Shown: positions 16,739 to 24,765 of the stretch, piece by piece
Numbering within the stretch: position 1 is the stretch's first letter
How the letters are laid out: every line of letters starts with the position of its first letter
Source of the DNA: a virus
Lineage: Duplodnaviria; Caudoviricetes
Direction: 5' to 3' (one strand)
Length of the DNA stretch: 43,506 bases
IMG/VR virus record: IMGVR_UViG_3300029818_000079
Coordinates: 1 to 43,506 of that record
Made by a program: the position numbers and the translations under genes
Notes under the pieces: generated by a model
What the model saw: only the letters and a program-made list of their open reading frames with translations
Database searches by the model: none
Told to the model about the DNA's origin: nothing

Positions 16739-16997
16739 TTTCATGGAAATCACCGAAGCCTTCGAGCAGGCCCGCACCGCTCCCGATGTAACAGACCGCG
16801 CCTCTGGCCTAGAGGAAGCGGATCGTATCGGTGGCGTTGCGATGGTGCGTGAACGGCTGCAGGGACAGGGCGCTGAGTTCTGTGCCGACTGTGATGAGGC
16901 TATCCCGGCCAAGCGTCGCGCTGCTGCTCCGTGGGCAGAGCGCTGCATCTCCTGCCAGGACGACCACGACAAGCGGGAGGCGCGCCGCAATGGCTGA
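16731..16997 (+). CDS. TraR/DksA C4-type zinc finger protein
   Basis: CADCDEAIPAKRRAAAPWAERCISCQ. Confidence 0.85.
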   Translation: MSDFMEITEAFEQARTAPDVTDRASGLEEADRIGGVAMVRERLQGQGAEFCADCDEAIPAKRRAAAPWAERCISCQDDHDKREARRNG

Positions 16998-17133
16998 GTT
17001 CCTCGCTTATCTGGCCGTCTGCGGGGCAACCGGGGCGGCGTCCTGCATCAAGGGGCCATGGCTTCGCGGGCTTTCTGTCGGCCTCTGCATCTTCATCGCC
17101 TACCAGCTAGGCATGGAGGCCGCCCGTGGCTGA
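16990..17133 (+). CDS. Small membrane protein
   Basis: MAEFLAYLAVCG.. hydrophobic; GGAGG RBS. Confidence 0.55.
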   Translation: MAEFLAYLAVCGATGAASCIKGPWLRGLSVGLCIFIAYQLGMEAARG

Positions 17134-17593
17134 CCGCATCGCAGTAAACAGCGCCACGCGCCTCTCCGAAGCCATCCACAAGCTGACCGCCATGTACCGC
17201 GAGAAGAAGTACGTCGTGGTCAGCTTCCGTGAAGGCAAGGACCGGACCCTCGACCAAAACGCCCTGTGGTTCTCCCTCTACGAGCGCATCGCACAGATGA
17301 CCAACATCGGCGACGTAGAGGATGCCCGCAGCTACTGCAAGCTCCACGTCGGCGTTCGCATCCTGCTCCGTGACTGCGCTGACTACCGGGAAACCTGGGA
17401 TCGCCTTTTTCTGCACTGGAGCTACGAAGACAAGCTGGCCCTGATGGGAGCGCATCCCGTCGCCGGGCCGGAAGGGCTGGCCGTCACTCGCCTGTTCAAC
17501 CGCAAGCAGGGCATCGAGTACACCGACCGCATCGTGTCCGAGTTCACCGGGCGCGGCGTGTTCTTCGGGGATCTGCTCGGGGAGGCCGCATGA
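17126..17593 (+). CDS. NinB-like protein
   Basis: RTLDQNALW motif, nin position. Confidence 0.65.
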   Translation: MADRIAVNSATRLSEAIHKLTAMYREKKYVVVSFREGKDRTLDQNALWFSLYERIAQMTNIGDVEDARSYCKLHVGVRILLRDCADYRETWDRLFLHWSYEDKLALMGAHPVAGPEGLAVTRLFNRKQGIEYTDRIVSEFTGRGVFFGDLLGEAA

Positions 17594-17790
17594 CCTGCCG
17601 CCTCTGCAACTCAGCCAACACCACCTCGCTCGGTATGCGCACCCCGCAAACCTACTGCAACACCTGCGGCGGTCACGACTACGAAGGCCAGCTATTCGAC
17701 CGCAAGACCTGGGACTACTGGGTCAATGGCGATATCGAGCGGCCTGTTCGTGAGGAGCAGCTGGATATGTTCGGGGAGGTGGCCGCATGA
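17590..17790 (+). CDS. Hypothetical Zn-ribbon protein
   Basis: CxxC..CxxC; coupled. Confidence 0.65.
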   Translation: MTCRLCNSANTTSLGMRTPQTYCNTCGGHDYEGQLFDRKTWDYWVNGDIERPVREEQLDMFGEVAA

Positions 17791-18092
17791 GCAAGCAAAC
17801 CAAGCTCACCAAGGCCGCCCGCGGGCGCGACTGCCAGGTGCGTCTGCCCGGCTGCCCGAACAACACCGAAACGACCGTCCTTGCGCATTACCGGCTGGCC
17901 GGAACCTGCGGCGTCGGGATCAAACCGAACAACCTGCAGGGCGCGTGGTGCTGCGACTACTGCCACAGCGTATGCGATGGCCGGATCAAGGCGCCGGAAG
18001 GCATGACCCGCGAGGACATCCGCCTGGCTCACGCCGAGGGCGTTATGCGGACGATCGACATTCTGGTTCGTGAGGGAGTCGTCGCCGCATGA
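17787..18092 (+). CDS. DUF1364/YbcO-like putative nuclease
   Basis: AARGRDCQVRLPG..ETTVLAH..GAWCCDYCH. Confidence 0.85.
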   Translation: MSKQTKLTKAARGRDCQVRLPGCPNNTETTVLAHYRLAGTCGVGIKPNNLQGAWCCDYCHSVCDGRIKAPEGMTREDIRLAHAEGVMRTIDILVREGVVAA

Positions 18093-18250
18093 AAGTCCCA
18101 TGCCCCGCCAACGCCAACCACGACACCACGGCCTTCAGCAGCCGGAAGACCCTGTACTGCCACGACTGCCGCAAGGAACACCCATGGCCGCTAAAGCCCG
18201 GCCAAATACCCCTGATCGCAAACAACAGAGCCACAAGGAAGCCGCAATGA
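18089..18250 (+). CDS. Hypothetical protein (53 aa)
   Basis: MKVPCPANANHDT..YCHDCRKEHPW; coupled at both ends. Confidence 0.6.
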   Translation: MKVPCPANANHDTTAFSSRKTLYCHDCRKEHPWPLKPGQIPLIANNRATRKPQ

Positions 18251-18570
18251 CCATCAAACCGAAACACGTATTTGCCGACCTGCTGTCTGTCGGCCTCAGC
18301 GCGGCGCTCGTCTTTGGCTCCGGGGTGCTGCAAGACTTTGCCTTTTTCGTCCTGCTGGTATTCGTCTCGCTGGGCTGGCTGGGCCTGCTCTGTGTTGGCG
18401 TCAAGGGAGAGGCCGCCGAGACGATTCGCGACAGCGTGTGGTGGAGCGGCTTTCTATCGGTTGTGCAGATATCGGCATTGATCTTCTCCGGCCACCCGGT
18501 GCTGGCCGCATTCAGCCTGGTTCTTTCGATGCTCATTGTTGCATCGGCTTTCAAGGAGCAGCAGGCATGA
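18247..18570 (+). CDS. Multi-TM membrane protein
   Basis: MTIKPKHV..; 3-4 hydrophobic segments. Confidence 0.7.
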   Translation: MTIKPKHVFADLLSVGLSAALVFGSGVLQDFAFFVLLVFVSLGWLGLLCVGVKGEAAETIRDSVWWSGFLSVVQISALIFSGHPVLAAFSLVLSMLIVASAFKEQQA

Positions 18571-18887
18571 GCCACGAACACTACTTCATCGACGTTTCCG
18601 CCTATGACCGCGTGGACGTGTACCGGCTGATCGAACTGCTTGGCATCACTTGCCCTGTCGCGCAGCACGTATTCAAGAAGGCCGCAGCCACTGGCAAGCG
18701 CGGGCACAAGTCGCTGGCTCGCGACTGGAAGGACATTGCAGATAGCGCCGCGCGCCGCCTGGAAATGATTGAGGAAGACCGAGCCACTACCGCTCGACTA
18801 CTGGAGGCGCTTGGCGGGGAGGAGGCGTTCGGCCAGCAGAACACCATCGACTGCCGCACCGATGCCGAGAAGGCGGAACTGGCATGA
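18567..18887 (+). CDS. Hypothetical protein (DUF3310-like region)
   Basis: HYFIDV..VDVYRL..QHVFKK..GKRGHK. Confidence 0.65.
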   Translation: MSHEHYFIDVSAYDRVDVYRLIELLGITCPVAQHVFKKAAATGKRGHKSLARDWKDIADSAARRLEMIEEDRATTARLLEALGGEEAFGQQNTIDCRTDAEKAELA

Positions 18888-19156
18888 AGATCAGCCGAAT
18901 CGATGTGATTGGACAGAACGGAAACGATGGGGCGGCCTATGACGGGTTCGGAGCGGAATGGCTCGCTAAATCTGGCCTGCTTGACGATGACGGAGCGGCA
19001 GCTGATCGAAGCGGACAAAACGGCCTGCCTGATCCGGTGGAAGGTGCGCGACCTCAAGGGGCCGGAGAGGCAGAGGCAGGGGAACGTACTGCTGGCAGCT
19101 GTTCCGGAGAGTGCGCGGCCTGCCGTTGTGCAAGCGCTGAAGGCGAGGGGGAGTAG
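18884..19156 (+). CDS. Hypothetical protein; competing overlapping frame ends at 19160
   Basis: ATGA-coupled start; IDVIGQNGNDG motif. Confidence 0.45.
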   Translation: MKISRIDVIGQNGNDGAAYDGFGAEWLAKSGLLDDDGAAADRSGQNGLPDPVEGARPQGAGEAEAGERTAGSCSGECAACRCASAEGEGE

Positions 19157-19609
19157 ATGACTTTCCCGATCCGTAAAGCCTCAGCCCAAACCACGCTCAA
19201 GCCGGCGAAAAGTGCTGGATCGGGAAAATCAACCGCGAGCCAGGCTGAGGACGAGCTAGCGCTTCACCTTCGCGCGGAAGGCATCGAAGCCATCCGAGAG
19301 TACCGCTTCGCTGCTGAAGCTTGTGGAGGGCCTGGTAAGGGCCTGCGTGATCGCCTGGCCAAGGCTGGCCTGCAGGACTGGCGCGCCGACTTCGCGCTGA
19401 TAGAGCACGGATTGCTGATCGAGTGCGAGGGAGGGGGTTGGGCTGGGGGTAGACACACCCGCGGAGCCGGCTTTGCTGCCGACCTCAAGAAATACGACGC
19501 CGCTGCCCGCCTTGGGTGGCGCGTCTACCGCTGCGACCCCGCCATGATCAAGAGCGGGCGCGCTATCGAGACAATCCGAATTCTGATGCAGCAGGGGGAG
19601 GCCGCTTAA
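19157..19609 (+). CDS. PD-(D/E)XK-type endonuclease (DUF559/Vsr-like)
   Basis: REYRF..WRADFA..LIECEGG..D.KKY..A..LGWRVYR. Confidence 0.75.
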   Translation: MTFPIRKASAQTTLKPAKSAGSGKSTASQAEDELALHLRAEGIEAIREYRFAAEACGGPGKGLRDRLAKAGLQDWRADFALIEHGLLIECEGGGWAGGRHTRGAGFAADLKKYDAAARLGWRVYRCDPAMIKSGRAIETIRILMQQGEAA

Positions 19610-21156
19610 TGGTCGCACGCAAACACGACGACGCAACGCTAGTCGAGGTCATGACGGGGCGTAGTAACGCCAAGGCTGCGGCACTGCTAGGCCTAGACAT
19701 CCGCAACGTGGAGCGTCACCGGTCGCGCCTGCTCGGACTTGGCCTGCTGCAGCCAGCATCGGCACCGGTCGAGGTGAGTGCTGCTGGCGAGACATTCGTC
19801 ATCACCTGTGCCGTAAACGCGACAAAGGCGCACGCCGGCTTCATGAAGAGCCTGCAGCTGTACTGCTCGATGCGCGGCGCCCGCCTGATGGTCATCCCGC
19901 TCCGGTACCAGAACCCAACCAACCGCGACGCCAAGCGCGATGACGAGTGGTGGGATTCCCGCCTGGTGCCTTACCTGGTCAGCGAGCGGACCAAGATCGC
20001 CCGCGACCTGATCGTGCTAGCCGACATCAAGACCCAGCCGACTGCAGTAAACCCGCTGCAGAAGTGGCAGACGGTGACCGGTACCGCCTCGGCAATCATC
20101 GGCCACCCAAAAATCGCACTGAAGACCGTGGCCACCAACCCTGGCGTTCCGGCCAAGCTGGTGATGAGCACCGGAGCCTGCACCGTCGAGAACTACAGCG
20201 ACACCAACGCAGGCGCCTCGGGCAAGTTCCATCACACGCTCGGCGCCGTAGTGGTCGAAGTGGATGGCCCGCGCACGCACATCCGGCACATCTGCCCGAT
20301 GAAGGACGGCAGCTTTATCGACCTGGCTACCAAGTACACCGTGAAAGGCGCTGAGCCGGCGCCACGCGCTGATGTGCTGACCATGGGCGACATCCATGCG
20401 GAGATGGCCTCTCCGGTCGTTACGCAGGCCACCAAGGAGCTTGCCGAGCTGATCCGCCCGAAGGCCCTGGTGCTGCATGACGTGCTGAACTTTGGATCGG
20501 CCAGCCACCACGCCAAGTTCTTCGAGAAGTTTCGCCGGCACGTGAGCGGTACCAGCGGCGTTCTGCACGAACTGAAGGTGACCGCCCGTCACATCGATCT
20601 GCTGTCGGGGTTCGCCGACAAGACGGTGATGGTCAATTCGAACCATCACGACCACTTCACTCAGTGGCTGGAGAAGGCAGAGCACGCCCTCGACATGGAG
20701 AACACCCTTGTTTTCCACGAGACGAAGGCCGCCATGCTCCGCGCCATCCATGAGGGCAGCTACTGCGACCCGTTCCAATACTGGATGGACAAGCTGATGA
20801 AGCACGGCGACCGCCTGTTGTGGCTGAAGCCTGGTGAGTCGTTCATGCGTCACGGCATAGAACACGGGTGGCACGGTCATCGAGGGCCTAATGGGGCCCG
20901 CGGGTCGACCAAGAGCTTCGCCACCATCGGTGCCAAGGTCGTGAAAGGCCATTCGCACGGCGCAGAGATCATCGACGGGGCGCGCTCAGTCGGTACCAGT
21001 TCTCTTATGGACATGGGCTACAACACCGACAGCCCGAGCGGCTGGACCTGGACGCACGACATCACCTACGCCAACGGCAAGCAGACGCTGATTCACTGCG
21101 TCGGCGGTACCTTCTTTCGCCGCGATGCGGCAGCAGCACGGGGAGCAGCAGCATGA
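19609..21156 (+). CDS. Large calcineurin-like metallophosphoesterase, T5 A1-like
   Basis: GDIH, HD, SNH, HGH.GPNGARGS, GHSH motifs; N-terminal HTH-like segment. Confidence 0.75.
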   Translation: MVARKHDDATLVEVMTGRSNAKAAALLGLDIRNVERHRSRLLGLGLLQPASAPVEVSAAGETFVITCAVNATKAHAGFMKSLQLYCSMRGARLMVIPLRYQNPTNRDAKRDDEWWDSRLVPYLVSERTKIARDLIVLADIKTQPTAVNPLQKWQTVTGTASAIIGHPKIALKTVATNPGVPAKLVMSTGACTVENYSDTNAGASGKFHHTLGAVVVEVDGPRTHIRHICPMKDGSFIDLATKYTVKGAEPAPRADVLTMGDIHAEMASPVVTQATKELAELIRPKALVLHDVLNFGSASHHAKFFEKFRRHVSGTSGVLHELKVTARHIDLLSGFADKTVMVNSNHHDHFTQWLEKAEHALDMENTLVFHETKAAMLRAIHEGSYCDPFQYWMDKLMKHGDRLLWLKPGESFMRHGIEHGWHGHRGPNGARGSTKSFATIGAKVVKGHSHGAEIIDGARSVGTSSLMDMGYNTDSPSGWTWTHDITYANGKQTLIHCVGGTFFRRDAAAARGAAA

Positions 21157-21518
21157 AAGACCTAAGCACCGAGTACCTGCTGAGCCAATGGGGCATCTGG
21201 GTCCGCTGCCAGACCGGCCTGCCACGCTACGTCTCGCCGTCCTATGCCCTGATGCGCGACAAGATGGGTGACACTGGCGGGGAGATTCCTCAGATCCAGG
21301 AAGAGACGGCCATGATGATTGACCGTCTGGTGTGCCGGATGGCTGCTCGCTACCACGAAGCCGCCTATGCACTGTTCCTCTGGTATCGCCACAGCATGAC
21401 GAGCTATCGGCAGTTGGGCCGCGCAATGGGCGTCCACCACAACAAGGCAGAGATGTTCCTGACTGCTGGGATTGCCTGGGTAGACGCGATGCTCTGCAGC
21501 TATGCCGAAGCCGCTTAA
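21153..21518 (+). CDS. Q: Late antiterminator Q
   Basis: LLSQWGIW N-terminus, C-terminal HTH..GIAWVDA; precedes promoter-terminator. Confidence 0.8.
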   Translation: MKDLSTEYLLSQWGIWVRCQTGLPRYVSPSYALMRDKMGDTGGEIPQIQEETAMMIDRLVCRMAARYHEAAYALFLWYRHSMTSYRQLGRAMGVHHNKAEMFLTAGIAWVDAMLCSYAEAA

Positions 21519-21519
21519 A

Positions 21520-21565
21520 TTTACATGTAAAAAGACTAGACGTGGCGCCAGTAGTATGTGAGTAT
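21520..21565 (+). promoter_or_regulatory. Putative late promoter pR' with upstream 12-bp palindrome
   Basis: TTTACATGTAAA (21520-31); TAGACG-17-GAGTAT. Confidence 0.45.
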
Positions 21566-21597
21566 TCCCACAGATTGCGGTTTTACCGCTTCAGAAG

Positions 21598-21624
21598 AGC
21601 CCGGCCAATGAGTCGGGCTTTTTT
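21598..21624 (+). terminator. tR'-like intrinsic terminator
   Basis: AGCCCGGC..GTCGGGCT + T run. Confidence 0.8.
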
Positions 21625-21688
21625 GTGCCTCAGTTTCGGGCGCTAAAGGCCGTTTGAATGGCTCGCCACCATGCGCCCAACAATTTCC

Positions 21689-21713
21689 GGCCTCGCCTTT
21701 TGCGGGGCTTTTT
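21689..21713 (+). terminator. Second intrinsic terminator in late leader
   Basis: GGCCTCGC..GCGGGGCT + T run. Confidence 0.6.
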
Positions 21714-21742
21714 CGTTATCGCACCCACTAGAGGAAGACGCG

Positions 21743-22117
21743 ATGCCGACCAATGAAGCAGCACTTGAGCAAGAGATCCAAGCCAAAGGCCTGAATGCGC
21801 CGCGACTGACGCCAGCCCTGATCGATTCGGTGATTGCCAGCGAGCACTACTTCACTGCTGGCGACGGTTACGCCGGGGCGGCAGCGCTGACCATCGAGGA
21901 GGGCGGAACAATCGAGCCGCCAGTGCAGCTGGACCTCCTGACCTTCTGCGTCTTGATCCTGAAGAACGGCTTCACCGTCACTGGTGAGAGTGCATGTGCA
22001 TCACCGGAGAACTTCAACGCCGAGATTGGCCGGAAGATCGCCCGCGACAACGCACGCAATAAGATTTGGCTGCTGGAAGGCTACTTGCTCCGCCAGCGCC
22101 TGCACGAACAGGGCTAA
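21743..22117 (+). CDS. Gp49-family phage protein (N4 gp49/Sf6 gp66)
   Basis: LTFCVLILKNGFTVTGESACASPENFNAEIGRKIA..LEGY. Confidence 0.85.
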   Translation: MPTNEAALEQEIQAKGLNAPRLTPALIDSVIASEHYFTAGDGYAGAAALTIEEGGTIEPPVQLDLLTFCVLILKNGFTVTGESACASPENFNAEIGRKIARDNARNKIWLLEGYLLRQRLHEQG

Positions 22118-22211
22118 GCCCGACCCTATTCCGGCCCCATGCCTGCCTCCTTGCTCATAGGCGGATCGCACGCGCATGTGAGGCCGGACCAAACACCAAC
22201 GAGACTCCACT

Positions 22212-22532
22212 ATGACCACAGAGCAGCAGACTCTTGCGGACATGCCTTTCTGGCTGCTCGTACTGATTTCAATGGCAGGGATTTCCGGGGAGATGCTGCG
22301 CGCGTCTGCCGGTGAAGACCTCACGATGGGGCAGATCGCCCGGCGAGTAGCGTTGCGCTTCGGTGCATCCGGCTTTCTGGGGATGAGTACGCTGATGCTC
22401 GCCCTCGCGTTCGGCTCTGGAATCTACATGGCGGGCGGACTCGGCATCGTCGTCGCAGTGCTCGGCGCTGATGTGGCTGGCGGCCTGTACACGCAATGGC
22501 TCGCCAAGAAGGCAGGCATTCGCGCGGAGTGA
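22212..22532 (+). CDS. Holin
   Basis: 106 aa, ~3 TM, basic C-terminus, early in late operon. Confidence 0.7.
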   Translation: MTTEQQTLADMPFWLLVLISMAGISGEMLRASAGEDLTMGQIARRVALRFGASGFLGMSTLMLALAFGSGIYMAGGLGIVVAVLGADVAGGLYTQWLAKKAGIRAE

Positions 22533-22536
22533 TCGC

Positions 22537-22665
22537 ATGAAACGCATTCACGCCACCCTCCTGATCCTCAAGATAGCCTTCTGCTTCGCATGGCTGATCG
22601 CTATGGAGGCATGGAAGGTGGGGAGAAGGGAGTGGAGGAGCAAGCATGGCCTGCGCCGCATGTGA
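22537..22665 (+). CDS. Small hydrophobic/basic protein (42 aa)
   Basis: MKRIHATLLILKIAFCFAWLIAM; GGAG RBS. Confidence 0.5.
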   Translation: MKRIHATLLILKIAFCFAWLIAMEAWKVGRREWRSKHGLRRM

Positions 22666-22706
22666 GCGAAGACGCGAGTGGCTGAAGAAATGGGCAAGGG
22701 TGGCAT

Positions 22707-22859
22707 ATGACCGAGCGCGTGGAATCACTACTGACTCAGCTACTGGAAGAACAGCGCAAGACGAACCAGCTGCTACTGATGCTGATCGAGGCGATGGGCG
22801 ACGACGGTGAGCCAGACGACCTGCCTTTCACCTACATGGACGGGTCGAGGGTTAGCTGA
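22707..22859 (+). CDS. Hypothetical protein (50 aa)
   Basis: MTERVESLLTQLLEEQRKTNQLL..TYMDGSRVS; TGATG-coupled to HNH. Confidence 0.6.
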   Translation: MTERVESLLTQLLEEQRKTNQLLLMLIEAMGDDGEPDDLPFTYMDGSRVS

Positions 22860-23221
22860 TGGCGCTTCGACCAATGAAGCCTTGCTGCGCCCCAGGCTGC
22901 GGCGCCTTGGTGCGCGGTGCCCGCTATTGTGAGAAGCACGAACATCTTGCTGAGGCATGGGCTACTAGTAAACGCGCTGAGCGTACTTGCCTGACAGGAA
23001 GGCCATGGCGCCGCCTTAGAGAGAAGATCCTCAAGCGCGATAGCTATCTGTGTCAGTACTGCCTGCAGTCAACTGGTCGCGTGACAGTGGCAACCGAGGT
23101 TGACCATCGACTAGCCGTTGCCTTTGGTGGCGACGACAGCGAGAGCAATCTGGTTTCAACCTGCGCCGATTGCCATGCTGAGAAGACTGCGAAAGAGTCA
23201 AGGAAAGCCAGAACAAGCTGA
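22859..23221 (+). CDS. Packaging-associated HNH endonuclease (HK97 gp74-like)
   Basis: WRRLR..LCQYC..EVDH..NL..C..CH..KT, upstream of terS. Confidence 0.88.
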   Translation: MALRPMKPCCAPGCGALVRGARYCEKHEHLAEAWATSKRAERTCLTGRPWRRLREKILKRDSYLCQYCLQSTGRVTVATEVDHRLAVAFGGDDSESNLVSTCADCHAEKTAKESRKARTS

Positions 23222-23307
23222 ACGCTTGAGGTAGAATGGACGAGCCGGGCACTGCGCTAACAGTAACCCGGCTCTAATCACTACCGGATCGGTCGAGGAT
23301 CACGGCA

Positions 23308-24279
23308 ATGACTGAGCAAGATTCTACCTGCGTATGCCAGGTATGCGGAACCACTTATTCACCAAGGCTGAATAAGGACGGATCGCGCAGGAAAACCAAA
23401 TTCAATCTATGTGACGCGCAGCGGTGCAGATCAGCTCTTGCCCGAGGTGTTCCGCTATCCACCATAAGGGAGCAATCAACCGTAAAGGTCGAGAAGCCCT
23501 GTGCATGCTGCGGCGCGATGATGCTGCTTAGCCGTTCAAGGGCAAAGAAGAGGTCAGCCTGCTCTCAGTCATGTGCATCACTGCTAAAGGCAAGAGCTAA
23601 AGGCCAGCAGTCCCGTACCAAGAATATTGTCTGTGCGTTCTGCTCAACCGAAGCCACCGTTACCGCATACAAGAATCACGACAAGATCAGGTTCTGTAGC
23701 GTCCAGTGCCGCGCCTCCCTTAAATCGAAGGTTGTTGCCGAACGGGATGCGCTGTATCGGATAGCCACAAGGGTAGCAGTGCCTGCTGTATCTCCAGTTA
23801 ATGTGGAGATTCAGGCTCTCCGGCGAATATCCCGTGCAATCAGAAGCCAAGGCAAATGCAGGCATTGCCATAAGCTGTATGCCCGTAAGCAGCGCTTCCA
23901 GCATTACTGCGGCGAATCCTGCAGGTTGGCAGCTGCTGCTGATGCGATCGCTCGATACAGGAGCACAGACGCTTACAGGGCTATGAAACGCAAAGGCAAG
24001 GCAAGGCGCAGAGCTGCTATGCGTGGATGTGCCCATGAGGCAATTGATCCGATCAAGGTATTCGAGCGCGACAAGTGGCGCTGCCATCTGTGCGGAATCA
24101 AGACGCTTCCCAGTTTGCGCGGCTCAACTGATGACAAAGCGCCAGAGCTTGAGCATATCGTGTCACTTGCTGATGGCGGGTCGCATACATGGGGCAACGT
24201 GGCGTGCGCTTGTCGTAGGTGCAACCGTACCAAGGGTGCCGCTTCGTTCGGCCAGCTAGGGTTCGGCTTCGCAGCCTGA
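23308..24279 (+). CDS. HNH endonuclease with multiple N-terminal Cys-rich Zn modules
   Basis: Repeated CxxC..CSxxC; VFERDKWRCHLCG..EHIV..GGSH..N..CRRCN. Confidence 0.85.
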   Translation: MTEQDSTCVCQVCGTTYSPRLNKDGSRRKTKFNLCDAQRCRSALARGVPLSTIREQSTVKVEKPCACCGAMMLLSRSRAKKRSACSQSCASLLKARAKGQQSRTKNIVCAFCSTEATVTAYKNHDKIRFCSVQCRASLKSKVVAERDALYRIATRVAVPAVSPVNVEIQALRRISRAIRSQGKCRHCHKLYARKQRFQHYCGESCRLAAAADAIARYRSTDAYRAMKRKGKARRRAAMRGCAHEAIDPIKVFERDKWRCHLCGIKTLPSLRGSTDDKAPELEHIVSLADGGSHTWGNVACACRRCNRTKGAASFGQLGFGFAA

Positions 24280-24337
24280 GCGCCCTCCTCCTGAGGGTAG
24301 GGCGGTGTCAGTCTTCAGGCCTCTCATGCCGGACACC

Positions 24338-24346
24338 GCGCCCTCA
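24338..24346 (+). other. Candidate cos cohesive end GCGCCCTCA
   Basis: Just upstream of terS; one mismatch to the phage D3 3' overhang GCGCCCCCA as recalled. Confidence 0.55.
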
Positions 24347-24384
24347 AGTTTTTTCTTATCTCCGCAAAATAACGGTTTCCAAAA

Positions 24385-24765
24385 ATGGCCAGACCACGCA
24401 AGCCGACGAACGTGCTTGAGCTGACTGGCGCGTTCAAAAAAGACCCGCAGCGCAGGCGGCAAGACGCAGAGCCGGCTGGCGATCTCTCGGCTCCGCCGCC
24501 GCATATCAATGGCGCAGTACTGCACGCTTGGAATGAGATTGCCCAGTACGCGCCGCGAGACGTCCTGACCGACTCCGACCGGTTGAGCATTGAGCTTGCA
24601 GCAAACTTGCTAGCTCAGTTCCGTACCGACCCGACAGATTTCCCCGCTGCCAAGCTGGTGCGCCTCGAAGCGCTGCTCGGCAAGTTCGGAATGACCCCTG
24701 CTGACCGATCAAAGGTCGGCGGCAAAAAAGAGGCGCCCAAGGGCAACCCCTTCGCGGATCTTTAA
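24385..24765 (+). CDS. terS: Terminase small subunit
   Basis: MARPRKPT..FGMTPADRSKV; position. Confidence 0.85.
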   Translation: MARPRKPTNVLELTGAFKKDPQRRRQDAEPAGDLSAPPPHINGAVLHAWNEIAQYAPRDVLTDSDRLSIELAANLLAQFRTDPTDFPAAKLVRLEALLGKFGMTPADRSKVGGKKEAPKGNPFADL

